Shown one piece after another: positions 53,455 through 64,000 of a stretch of DNA of 64,000 nt. Position numbers and translations under genes: made by a program. The stretch comes from Macrostomum lignano (taxonomy: Eukaryota). The notes beneath the pieces were generated by a model that was not told the origin of the DNA, searched no databases, and worked only from the letters and a program-made list of their open reading frames with translations. Positions within the stretch are counted from its first letter, which is position 1, and each line of letters begins with the position of its first letter. The stretch spans positions 62,001 to 126,000 of the forward strand of contig NIVC01001711.1 of NCBI GenBank assembly GCA_002269645.1. The letters are read 5' to 3'.

Positions 53455-54211
53455 CAATCATCATCATCATCATAACGAGAAGACAGATTATTGGGCCAGA
53501 TGTGCAACCGACAGCTCAGCCGCAGCTATTGCGGCTCAGTCCAAGGACTGGGGGGGGGGGGGGGTCGCCACACACTCACCCTCAATTACCCCAGCTAATG
53601 CTGGCACCCATTTTACAGCTGGGTGAACTGAAGCAATGCAGAGTTTAGTGTCTTGCTCAAGGACACAAATTGTTTCAGTGGGATCGGGAATCGAACCCCC
53701 GACCTTCAAGTCGTGAGTCTGACGCTCTGACCACTGCCTACAACCCATCTACGATTCAGATTTTTATCCGTTTACTTTTCTCAGTTCAATTGAACCGCTT
53801 ACAATTATAATCAACTTCCGGTTCGTTATATACTGGATTATCACTACTTCCGGTTCATTTTTCAGCCTCAATACCCCTCGAGAATCTGAAACCCACCTGC
53901 AGCAGCGCGGCCGCATCCTGAGCCTGAGCCAAGTCGGCCTCCAGCTGGCGGCACTGCCGCTGGGCGGACTCCAGGCTCAGCCGGGCCTGGTTCGCGCCGC
54001 CTCTCTCGTTCGCCAACTCGTCGTCCCGGTCGGCCAGGGCCCGGTGCAGCTGCTTGGCCTGCTCCTCCAGCTCCTGGCAGCGGTGGCGCAGGGTGGCCGC
54101 CTTCGTGCCGTTGTCGTCTCGCTCGGCTGCGGCCTGAAATCATGCAGCCAGGTGAACGTCGGTTAATGATGGACTGATAGCCTCACAAACGGCAGAAAGA
54201 CAGAGACAGAC

Positions 54212-54254
<43 letters not shown>

Positions 54255-54449
54255 AAGACAGACAGAAAGACAGAAAGACAAACAGACAGACAGACAGACA
54301 CTAAGACAGACAGACAGACAGATAGACAGACAGACACACACAGACAGACAGACAGAAAGACAGACAGACAGACAGACAGACAGACGGACAGACAGACAGA
54401 CAGACAGAAAGAAAGACAGACAGACAGAAAGACAGACAGAAAGACAGAC

Positions 54450-54482
<33 letters not shown>

Positions 54483-54495
54483 CTAAGACAGACAT

Positions 54496-54548
<53 letters not shown>

Positions 54549-54589
54549 AAGAAAGACAGACAGACAGAAAGACAGACAGAAAGACAGAC

Positions 54590-54622
<33 letters not shown>

Positions 54623-54635
54623 CTAAGACAGACAT

Positions 54636-54684
<49 letters not shown>

Positions 54685-54773
54685 AAGACAGACAGACAGA
54701 AAGACAGACAGACAGACAGACAGACAGACACTAAGACAAACAGACAGACAGACACACAGACAGGCAGGCAGGC

Positions 54774-54816
<43 letters not shown>

Positions 54817-54909
54817 TAGACAGACAGAAAGACAGACAGAAAGATAGACAGACAGAAAGACAGACAGACAGTAAGACAGACAGAAAGACAAACAGACAGA
54901 CAGACAGAG

Positions 54910-54940
<31 letters not shown>

Positions 54941-54997
54941 AAGACAGACAGAAAGACAGAAAGACAGAAAGACAGACAGACAGTAAGACAGACAGAA

Positions 54998-55046
<49 letters not shown>

Positions 55047-58000
55047 CTAAGACACAGTCACAAACAACCACTAGCAACCCCCAAAAAGCCCTAAACAGCC
55101 ACAAGCAGATTCGAACAGCCCCCAAAAAGCCACTAACAGCCACAAGCAGATTCAAACAGCCCCCAAAAAGCCCTAAACAGCCACAAGCAGATTCGAACAG
55201 CCCCCAAAAAGCCACTAACAGCCACAAGCAGATTCAAACAGCCCCCAAAAAGCCATTAACAGCCACAAGCAGATTCGAACAGCCCCTAGAAAGCCATTAA
55301 CAGTCACACGAACCTTCCGCGCAGCAGCCTGCAGCTCCTCAATCCGCTGCTCCAGTCGGGCCCTGTCGGCCGATGCAGAATCAGCCGCCGCCTTCATCCG
55401 ATCCCGCAGGCTGTCCCGTTCCACAGCCGTCCGTCGCAGCTCCGCAATGGCGTCGTCTCGTTCAGTTTCGACGCGTTTCAGCACCGCCTGAGCGGCCAGC
55501 GACACCTTGGGCTGCTGGTTGGCGGACGACATGACCTCGCGCCTGGACCGGTGCAGCTCGTCCTTGGTGTCGTCCAGCATCCGCGCCAGCTGGTCGCGCT
55601 CGTGCGTCAGGGCGCGCACGTTGCCTTGAATCTCCGCCATGTGCCGCTCGAACTTGTCCAGCAGGGCCTGAAGCTCGTCGCGTTCGCGCTTCACGCGGAG
55701 CAGCTCGGCATCGTCGTAGGCCGCAGCGGTGTCGCGATCTCGCGTCGGCGGGGAGCGACCACGCTGGCGCAGCGTCGTCTCGTAGCTGCCGACGCCGCCG
55801 TTGCCGACATAGTCGGCGCCGTGGTCCGACGAGTAGTCCTGCGAGATGAGGGTGGGGGAGGTCGAGAGTTCGAATCTTTCGCTTGAGGTCGGGAGTTCGA
55901 ATCTTTGGTTGAGGTCGGGAGTTTGAATCTTTCGGTTGAGGTCGAGAGTTTGAATCTTCGGTTGAGGTCGGGAGTTCGAATCTTCGATTGAGGTCGGGAG
56001 TTCGAATCTTTCGGTTGAGGTCGGGAGTTTGAATATTTCGGTTGAGGTCGGGAGTTTGAATCTTTCGGTTGAGGTCGGGAGTTTGAATCTTTCGGTTGAG
56101 GTCGGGAGTTTGAATCTTTCGGTTGAGGTCGGGAGTTTGAATCTTTCGGTTGAGGTCGGGAGTTTGAATCTTTCGGTTGAGGTAGAGAGTTCGAATCTTC
56201 GGTTGAGGTCGGGAGTTCGAATCTTCGATTGAGGTCGGGAGTTTGAATCTTTCGGTTGAGGTCGGGAGTTTGAATCTTTCGGTTGAGGTCGGGAGTTTGA
56301 ATCTTTCGGTTGAGGTCGGGAGTTTGAATCTTTCGGTTGAGGTCGGGAGTTTGAATCTTTTGATTGAGGTCGAGAGTTCGATCTTTCGGTTGAGGTCGGG
56401 AGTTCGAATAATCGTGTCGATTTTTTAACTTACAACTAATTAACTTGAATCTAACATGAATTGGATTAATAAGGCTTACCAGCAGGCCAGCTTATTTTGA
56501 GACCAGGTTTAATAGCCAATATGCTTTTTGAAAAAAATGGTTACAATACCGCAAGCCAAGCGGCTGTAGACTCGCTGCAGACTTGACAAGCGATCTTAAT
56601 GAATGAGACCAGAGCTGTGATTTCTCAGCAACTAGCCTATACTAATAAGAAATGCTAAGGTTATAATATTTCAGGTAAAGCTGCATGCATAATTTATAAG
56701 TCTGTACCTGGCGCACAGGGCAACTGTGTCAAATAAACATAAGTCAGGCATGCCCCATAGCAGGTAAGATACGCGTATTTGAGGTTGTCGCCATGGCAAC
56801 CATCTTAAACAATGCGTGCAGGCAAATATTTACGGAATTCGTGTACGCCATCTGCGCCAGTTTTTTGTGAATTATAATCACTAAATTCTCTGCATACTAC
56901 TTACTGATGCTACGCAAGTTATAAATAAATACATGTCGTGTTTAAAAGCAAGGAAGTGGCGGTGACATCCCCAAGGAACTAAAAGGAGGAAGATACTAAA
57001 GAACTAGGGCCTGTTCTTTACTCACTTCCTCCTCGGAAGAGGGAGGGAGCTCAGACAAAGAGTTCTGGTGACCCATGAGGAGCTGGAAAATGGGAAGGGC
57101 AAGTGACCCCCTCCCCTGAGGAGCTCCGAGAATGAGAGGGGAAGTGACCTGGAGGAAATGAAGAAACAAAGGAGGGCCGGTGACCCCCCTGCCCCTAGGA
57201 TCTAGAGTAAGAGAGGGCGGTGACCCCTGAGGAAATAGGGGAGTGAGGGCGGTGACCCCTCGGAGGAACTAGGGAAGTGAGGGGCCGTGACCCCTTGAAG
57301 AACTACTACTAGTAGGGGAGTGAGGGCGGTGACCCCCTCATGAGGAACTAGAAGAGTGAGGGCGGTGACCCCTCATGAGGAACTAGGGAAGTGAGGTCGG
57401 TGACCCCTCTGAGGAATTAGGGAAGTGAGGTCGGTGACCCCTCTTAAGAACTAGGGGAGTGAGAGGGCGATGACCCCCAAAGATACTAAGGGAGGCATTG
57501 ACCCCGAGTGAGGCAGAAAATTATAATTAGTAAGCCTCAGAGGAATAAAATAAGGACAAGGTGTGCTGAGTCCGCACTGATCCCAAATACCTTTCCGTTG
57601 ACTGCAGCCGTGCCGCTTCTGCTGGCTGGCCGGGCCGGACTCGGTGATCTGAGCTTGCCGCCGCGACTCATCCTGGCGCCGCCGCTGGGACTCGAACCCC
57701 GGCTGCCAGCCGACCGACCGGCCATGAGAACGGGAGATTTCAGCATCTGGGACAACTGCTCGGCCTCCCGCTTCCAATAGTCTCGGTCGCTTTCAACGCC
57801 TTTGAAGTATTGCTCAATTTGAGAAGTTGTGGTTGCTGAGTTACCAGCTGGGGCCTTCTTGGCTGAGCCGACTCTGCGCTTCAGCCGCTCGATCTCCAGT
57901 ACCAGCTCGCGCTCTGCAGTCGATGAAGAATAGAGGCTGTGTTACTTGTTGCTAACGGAAAGCTATTTGGGTAACTTAGAGGGCATTCTTAGGGTAGCTT

Positions 58001-61000
58001 AGGGAAGATTTGAGGCTAGTTTAGGGGGTTTCTTGGGTAGTTTAAGGAGAATTCTTAGGGGAGCTTAGGGAGCATTTTAGAGTAGTTTAGGGAGCATTTT
58101 AGGGTAGTTTAGGGAGCATTCTTAGGGTAGTTTAGGGAGCATTTTAAGCGTAGTTTAGGGAGCATTCTTAGAGTAGTTTAGGGAGCATTCTTAGAGTAGT
58201 TTAGGGAGCATTTTAAGAGTAGTTTAGGGAGCATTCTTAGAGTAGTTTAGGGAGCATTTTAAGCGTAGTTTAGGGAGCATTCTTAGAGTAGTTTAGGGAG
58301 CATTTTTAAGAGTAGTTTAGGGAGCATTCTTAGAGTAGTTTAGGGAGCATTCTTAGAGTAGTTTAGGGAGCATTCTTAGAGTAGTTTAGGGAGCATTTTA
58401 AGAGTAGTTTAGGGAGCATTCTTAGAGTAGTTTAGGGAGCATTTTAAGCGTAGTTTAGGGAGCATTCTTAGAGTAGTTTAGGGAGCATTTTTAAGCGTAG
58501 TTTAGGGAGCATTCTTAGAGTAGTTTAGGGAGCATTTTTAAGCGTAGTTTAGGGAGAATTTTTAAGAGTAGTTTAGGGAGCATTCTTAGGGTAGTTTAGG
58601 AACAATTTTTAGGGTAGTTTAGGAAAAATTCTTAGGGTAGTTTAGAGAGGATTTTTTGTAGTTTAGTAAGAATTCTTTGGGTAGTTAAGTGAGAATTCTT
58701 GGGGTAAGTTTATGACATACCTCAAGGTAGTTAAGGCTTTCTTGTAAAGGAACGTTTTAATTAACAGCTAAAAGGCACTCTGAAACGATTCTAAAGACAG
58801 TTACAAGAGAGGTTTCAGGTTAATTGAAGGGGCTGCCATTGTGTTGTAGTTGCAAGGAAAGCTTCATTCTTACGGTGGCCAAATTTTTCAAGTGTGTTGC
58901 GCCCGGCTCAACCCAAGGGTGAGTTATTTCGCCTATGGACTGTTGTCACTCATTCAGCTTCATGACTAAAGGGAGCTTTGCAACACCCTTTCTATTGTAT
59001 TTAATTAATTTCTTGAAAACCCTCGAAAACACTCCACAAGCCTATCAATCATCTTCTGGACTGAGCAGCAGAACTTGATTAAAAGAACCGAAATTAAGCG
59101 AAAATTTGCAGGAGAAAAAAAGATTTTTGAAGTGGTCCGTGGTTAGCCGCAAACTCAACCACGGGTTTGGGCATCGACCATTTGCTCAATGCAAAATGAT
59201 CTGCAGCATGCATAAATCTATTGAACATGCGGCTTGCATATAGCTCATGAATAATTAATTAGATAGCCATTCAAGCCGTTTTATTGCAAGGTCGTTTAAT
59301 CAATAGCCATAAAAACTTTTTGATTTATGATTACAATTATAATTACTATACTATTCGCCATATTTGATGATCTCTCATAAAATATGTCCTATTTCTCTCT
59401 TTGTACCCTCTCTCATCAAATACCCGCTTTCCCCTCTCTATACCCTCTGTCATCAAATACCCGCTTTCCCCTCTCTACTCACTCTTATAAATACCCGCTT
59501 TACCTTCATTATGCCCTCTCTCATCAAATGCCTGCTTTCCACTCTCTATACCCTCTCTAATCAAATACCCGCTTTCCCCTCTCTATACCCTCTCTAATCA
59601 AATACCCGCTTTCCCCTCTCTATACCCTCTCTAATCAAATACCCGCTTTCCCCTCTCTATACCCGCTCTCATCAAATACCCGCTTTCCCCTCTCTATCCA
59701 CTTTTATAAATACCCGCTTTACCTTCATTATGCCCTCTCTAATCAAATGCCTGCTTTCCACTCTCTATACCCTCTCTAATCAAATACCCGCTTTCCCCTC
59801 TCTATACCCGCTCTCATCAAATACCCGCTTTCCCCTCTCTATCCACTTTTATAAATACCCGCTTTACCTTCATTATGCCCTCTCTAATCAAATGCCTGCT
59901 TTCCACTCTCTATACCCTCTCTAATCAAATACCCGCTTTCCCCTCTCTATACCCGCTCTCATCAAATACCCGCTTTCCCCTCTCTATCCACTTTTATAAA
60001 TACCCGCTTTACCTTCATTATGCCCTCTCTAATCAAATGCCTGCTTTCCACTCTCTATACCCTATCTAATCAAATACCCGCTTTCCCCTCTCTATACCCG
60101 CTCTCATCAAATACTCGCTTTCCTCTCCTTACAACCTCTCTCATCCCCTCTTTACACCCTCTCTCATCAAATACCCACTTTCCCCTCCTTACACCCTCTC
60201 TCATCAAATACCCACTCCCCCCTCTCTATACCACTCTCATCAATTACCCGCTTCCCCCTCTCTATACCACTCTCATCAATTACCCGCTTCCCCCTCTCTA
60301 TACCACTCTCATCAATTACCCGCTTCCCCCTCTCTATACCACTCTCATCAAATACCCGCTTCCCCCTCTCTATACCACTCTCATCAATTACCCGCTTCCC
60401 CCTCTCTATACCACTCTCATCAAATACCCGCTTCCCCCTCTCTATACCACTCTCATCAAATACCCACTTTCCCCTCCTTACACCGCTAGCAGACGGGAAT
60501 TTACCAGGCTGGTGGAACTGCTGAGAATCCCTCTGATCCCAGCTGCTGCCAGTGGAAGACGCCGCCGATTCAGTTCGCCTGGCTATGCGATTTTGAGTCG
60601 CAGTGGAAATCAGCCCGGGATACTTCTGCTGCTGCTGCTGCTGCTGCTGCTTTCTAGTCTTCTTTGACCGATTGTGGTGATTGCTATTATTACGAGTTTT
60701 CCTATCGGAATTACTGACTATTGACACTCGTTTAGAATTTGATAACAACAAAGGTGAATCGTTGCCAGTCGACCAATAACCGCTGCTGCTCATAGTCTAA
60801 GATTTTTACTCAAACAAAAAAGTTGGCTGTTTTTTTCCAATAAATTTTTCCTAGCTTCTCTGGACGGACATGGCTTCTCTGTGACTGCGACAAAGGGGAT
60901 GCGGGCGTCAGGGCAGAGCTGGGGTTTTCATACCGCAGTTTTCAAGACTAGCTCTAGTCTAGATGAGAGAGGCGGAGAGACAGAGGCACACTGGCACAGA

Positions 61001-64000
61001 GAGTACAGAGGCAGAGTGGGTAAAGGGAAGTGAAAGGCCCCCGGTGTAGTCCACCAATTGAAACTTTTCTGGCGCAGAGGGGGTGGGGCAGCGCCAAGGG
61101 TTACGCTGCATTATATTAATGTAGTTGTAAGTGCATGGAGTACTAAATATATTTGAATAGCTATGTCTACAACCTGGATAATGATATTTAAATACCTACA
61201 GGGCTAAAAATGGCGCTAATATCCAGTCTTGTACAGGGCTAAAAGTGGCGCTAATGTCTAGTCTTCTACAGCGCTAAAAGTAGCGCGAATATCTAGCCTT
61301 CTACAGCGCTAAAATTGCCGCTAATATCTAGTCTTCTACAGGGCTAAAATTGCCGCTAATATCTAGCCTTCTACAGCGCTAAAATTGCCGCTAATATCTA
61401 GTCTTCTACAGGGCTAAAATTGCCGCTAATATCTAGCCTTGTACAGCGCTAAAATTGCCGCTAATATCTAGCCTTCTACAGCGCTAAAATTGCCGCAAAT
61501 ATCTAGTCTTCTACAGGGCTAAAATTGCCGCTAATATCTAGCCTTGTACAGCGCTAAAATTGCCGCTAATATCTAGCCTTCTACAGCGCTAAAATTGCCG
61601 CAAATATCTAGTCTTCTACAGGGCTAAAAGTGGCGCTAATATCTAGCCTTGTACAGCGCTAAAAGTGGCGCTAATATCTAGCCTTCTACAGCGCTAAAAT
61701 TGCCGCTAATATCTAGTCTTCTACAGGGCTAAAAGTGGCGCTAATATCTAGCCTTCTACAGCGCTAAAATTGCCGCTAATATCTAGCCTTCTACAGCGCT
61801 AAAAGTGGCGCTAATATCCAGTCTTGTACAGGGCTAAAAGTGGCGCTAATATCCAGTCTTGTACAGGGCTAAAAGTGACGCTAATATCTAGCCTTCTACA
61901 GCGCTAAAAGTGGCGCTAATATCCAGTCTTGTACAGGGCTAAAAGTGGCGCTAATATCCAGTCTTGTACAGGGCTAAAAGTGGCGCTAATATCCAGTCTT
62001 GTACAGGGCTAAAAGTGACGCTAATATCTAGCCTTCTACAGCGCTAAAATTGCCGCTAATATCTAGTCTTCTACAGGGCTAAAAGTGGCGCTAATATCTA
62101 GTCTTCTACAGCGCTAAAAGTGGCGCTAATATATAGTCTTCTACAGCGCTAAAAGTGGCGCTAATATCTAGCCTTCAACAGCGCTAAAAGTGGCGCTAAT
62201 ATCTAGCTCTAGCCTTCTACAGCGGTAGAAGTGGCGTTTATTGAACTAAGGTTTTATTTAGTACACCATGAGAGAGAGATGCAGAGAGACCACGACAACC
62301 GGTGTGGTAGGCAAGGCTAGTTAGTGGGGATCTGTGTGAGAAGCAATCCCTTACCCAACTCACCAACCCCACAGGCCCCAGAGTCGGTATACACAGAGCG
62401 GGGATTCTCAAGCCAAGGGGGAAGAATGTATGACTCATACAGTTTTTTAACTCCCCTCCCAACCTACTCAAACCATTGACATACGCGCATAGCCACTTGG
62501 TTTGCATGCTTTATGACAACTGTGAGACAAAGGTGAAGTGTGCATTAAGGCCCCATTCTTTCATTGTTGAACACCAAAGTATAGAATGCTAGTTAACAAC
62601 ACTAGTAATTTCGAAATTTTAGTAACTACTACATCAATAGAGTCTACATGCAAACTTTCGCACAACTCTCTCTGTGAAGTCATTTTTAACATTGTTCTTA
62701 TAATTGTTTGCCCAACAAAAACGAAACTTAACCAAGATTTGTTTACACACTATCGCTCTTTCTCTCTCTTCTTAGCCTGCACCCAAGCCTCTTCTCCATA
62801 CTGGCAATTATTATTGGCAAACATTGGCGACATCAAAGTCAAACAGTTCCCACGGGGCATTGAGTTTGGCAGCCAGAATTTTAATTAAATTTTAAATAAA
62901 GAATGAAAAACGCATTCTTTCCACCTACTATAAGTAGGCTTATCGATTCGCTCACCATTGGCGGTTAGTTTTTCAACTCGCTGAGCTAAACGTTTCTTAT
63001 CAGCTTGGAGTCGAAGCAGCAGATCCTGCAGTTCGCGATTGTCTTGAGTAGACTCCGTAGCTGCTCGTTTAGTATCAGCCAGCGACTCCTGCAGTTGCTG
63101 GCGCTCCTGATTGTGTCGTTAGTTAAAATGATAGGTTGATTAGATAACGAGACAATTAACTATCCTTATAGAGCTATAGTTACTTCCACTGTTTACCCAG
63201 AACATGTGGCTGACTTTTCGGCATTGGTCACCATACTAGCCATAATTGGCATACTGGGACCAACTTCCTATATGTCAGCGCTACAATCTACTCCTCTCTT
63301 TGGCGAAGTAACAACCACTTACACCCGAAGGGATTTAGGTTGATCTTCATGGCGGAAGGAGCTGCATATAGATAAGCATTAGAATCCGAAACAATAAGAG
63401 AAATGCAAAGATAAGCTATTTCGAGGTCTTCATTTTCGTAAAGCAAAATAATAAGTTGAAAATACACACAAATGATGAAGGATTTCTTCAATACACAAAT
63501 TCACTTGTACAACATACAATATTTTAAATTATTCTTTTTTTATTTTTTATACGACTTGATAACAACCATAAGTAATATTATTTACCGAAAAAAATCTAAA
63601 TTATACTACTCACTACTAAGTAGCATAAATTGTATATTATAAATTTAATTGGAAGTTATGCAAAAATTAAATGCTTCGAATTCAGGTGCACAAAATTTTG
63701 GCTAAAAATGCGCAGGCACTACTACCCGTCATTTACAATTTGAGTAGTAATATCAAGATTGAACTCGAGTATTTACCTCTTCAAGCTGAGCGCAGGCTTC
63801 CTCGAGCTGGGCAAGTCGCTGCCGAGTCGCCTCTAATTGAGCTTTGGCTTGAGCAATTTCTGCGTCAGCGGCTGCCAGCACCTCAGCCTTCTCCACTTCA
63901 ATACGGTGGGCCATACGACCGACATTCTCCAACTCGCCGCTCAGGTGTCGATTCCTGGCGCCCAAGTCGAATTCAGCGCGTCGATCGGCCCCAATTCGGG
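47184..64000 (-). CDS. CEP135: centrosomal protein CEP135 / Bld10 (5'-partial; runs off the window end)
   Basis: Phase-consistent exons: >64000-63777, 63106-62956, 57913-57591, 55838-55314, 54133-53897, 51601-51233, 50598-50248, 49092-48686, 48293-48057, then a terminal exon near 47391-47184 (uncertain). Coiled coil with recalled CEP135/TSGA10 signatures: YFKGVESDRDYWKRE, RERDELQALLDKFERHMAEIQGNV, DLAALRDLCARLESSKD, QLASERFERER. Confidence 0.9.
47520..47955. repeat. 32-bp intronic minisatellite
   Basis: Unit TTAGTGCCTGGCCATAGATGATTTAGAGTCAG. Confidence 0.9.
48345..48672. repeat. 24-bp intronic minisatellite
   Basis: Unit GAAGGGGGTCAGATGGCGATTCTT. Confidence 0.9.
49395..50110. repeat. 27-bp intronic minisatellite
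   Basis: Unit GAATCCCCAATCAAAATCCCAAATCCA. Confidence 0.92.
50745..51085. repeat. 22-bp intronic minisatellite
   Basis: Unit AATCTGTACAAGAACACACTTA. Confidence 0.9.
51740..53170. repeat. 33-bp intronic minisatellite
   Basis: Unit ATTTGGATTAGCACTACTTCCGGTTCATTCTTA with a CCGG/CCTA dimorphism. Degenerate remnants reappear at 53815-53865. Confidence 0.95.
53412..53748 (-). mobile_element. tRNA-derived CORE-type SINE with (GAT)n/(TTA)n tail
   Basis: Minus-strand head GCAGTGGTCAGAGCGTCAGACTCACGACTTGAAGGTCGGGGGTTCGATTCCC (A/B boxes; resembles elongator tRNA-Met). It is followed by GTGTCCTTGAGCAAGACACTAAAC...TCAGTTCACCCAGCTGTAAAATGGG (53666-53607), which aligns to the recalled MIR/CORE consensus, then a microsatellite tail. 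Confidence 0.8.
54195..55055. repeat. (GACA)n microsatellite
   Basis: Direct reading. Confidence 0.95.
55075..55305. repeat. 41-bp intronic minisatellite
   Basis: Unit CCCCCAAAAAGCCCTAAACAGCCACAAGCAGATTCGAACAG. Confidence 0.88.
55855..56410. repeat. 27-bp intronic minisatellite
   Basis: Unit GAGGTCGGGAGTTTGAATCTTTCGGTT. Confidence 0.92.
56787..56800. promoter_or_regulatory. RFX X-box inside a CEP135 intron
   Basis: GTCGCCATGGCAAC, a full match to GTNRCC-AT-RGYAAC, in unique sequence. Flanked by forkhead-like ATAAACA (56733-56739) and TAAACAA (56806-56812). Confidence 0.6.
57050..57500. repeat. degenerate 30-35-bp GC-rich minisatellite
   Basis: Recurrent GTGAGGGCGGTGACCCC...GAGGAACTAGGG. 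Confidence 0.75.
57965..58700. repeat. 23-bp intronic minisatellite
   Basis: Unit GTAGTTTAGGGAGCATTCTTAGA. Confidence 0.92.
59400..60483. repeat. 36-bp minisatellite with 145-bp higher-order repeat
   Basis: Unit close to ACTCTCATCAAATACCCGCTTCCCCCTCTCTATACC. Identical ORF starts fall at 59730, 59875 and 60020 (145-bp period). Confidence 0.9.
60482..60793 (-). CDS. CEP135: candidate alternative first coding exon of CEP135 (Ser/Gln-rich leader)
   Basis: ATG 60793 opens 104 stop-free codons (MSSSGYWSTG...QQQQQQQQ...KFPSAS) ending at tandem donors G|GTGTAA (60484, phase 1) or GT|GTAAGG (60482, phase 0). Same strand as CEP135, inside its 5-kb intron. Confidence 0.4.
61190..62235. repeat. 35-bp intronic minisatellite
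   Basis: Unit TACAGCGCTAAAATTGCCGCTAATATCTAGCCTTC and variants. Confidence 0.93.

Noticed and set aside
58768-60660. Possible nested plus-strand gene built from short exons (58850-58918, 58958-58996, 59041-59141, 59263-59290, 60490-60657) in the CEP135 intron
   Set aside because: A phase-consistent chain can be assembled, but the exons are AT-rich unlike the confirmed exons, I recognise no homolog, and the last segment is explained at least as well by the minus-strand ORF. Stranded RNA-seq would settle it.
62474-62507. Mini first exon MQTKWLCAYVN with a phase-1 donor compatible with the 57913 CEP135 exon
   Set aside because: Only 34 nt with a weak donor (GTTTGA), easily produced by chance.

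Overview
Eukaryotic (metazoan) genomic DNA with GC-rich exons separated by introns packed with locus-specific mini- and microsatellites. This style suggests a free-living flatworm such as Macrostomum (inference from sequence style only). Five host genes were reconstructed by hand with GT-AG, phase-consistent splice sites. (1) A RASA1/p120-RasGAP-like gene (+, 5241-11932; SH2-PH-C2-RasGAP, apparently lacking the N-terminal SH2-SH3). (2) An intronless-CDS NPY/PrRP/sNPF-type neuropeptide GPCR (-, 24901-26121). (3) A 4-exon secreted FAD enzyme resembling bacterial/algal polyunsaturated fatty acid isomerase (-, 33395-36692). (4) An intronless-CDS BAP18 homolog (-, 42001-42726). (5) CEP135/Bld10 (-, 5'-partial, about 46-64 kb). 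A 5'-truncated, nearly intact APE-RT-RNase H LINE (LOA-like) sits inside a GGATCT satellite. There is also a tRNA-derived CORE-SINE and about 40 tandem arrays. The best leads are the PUFA-isomerase-like enzyme in an animal and signs of internal promoters and alternative exons in CEP135 (perfect RFX X-box, candidate alternative first exon) that could yield a TSGA10-length isoform. All homology calls come from remembered reference sequences and need confirmation by alignment. Repeat boundaries are approximate.
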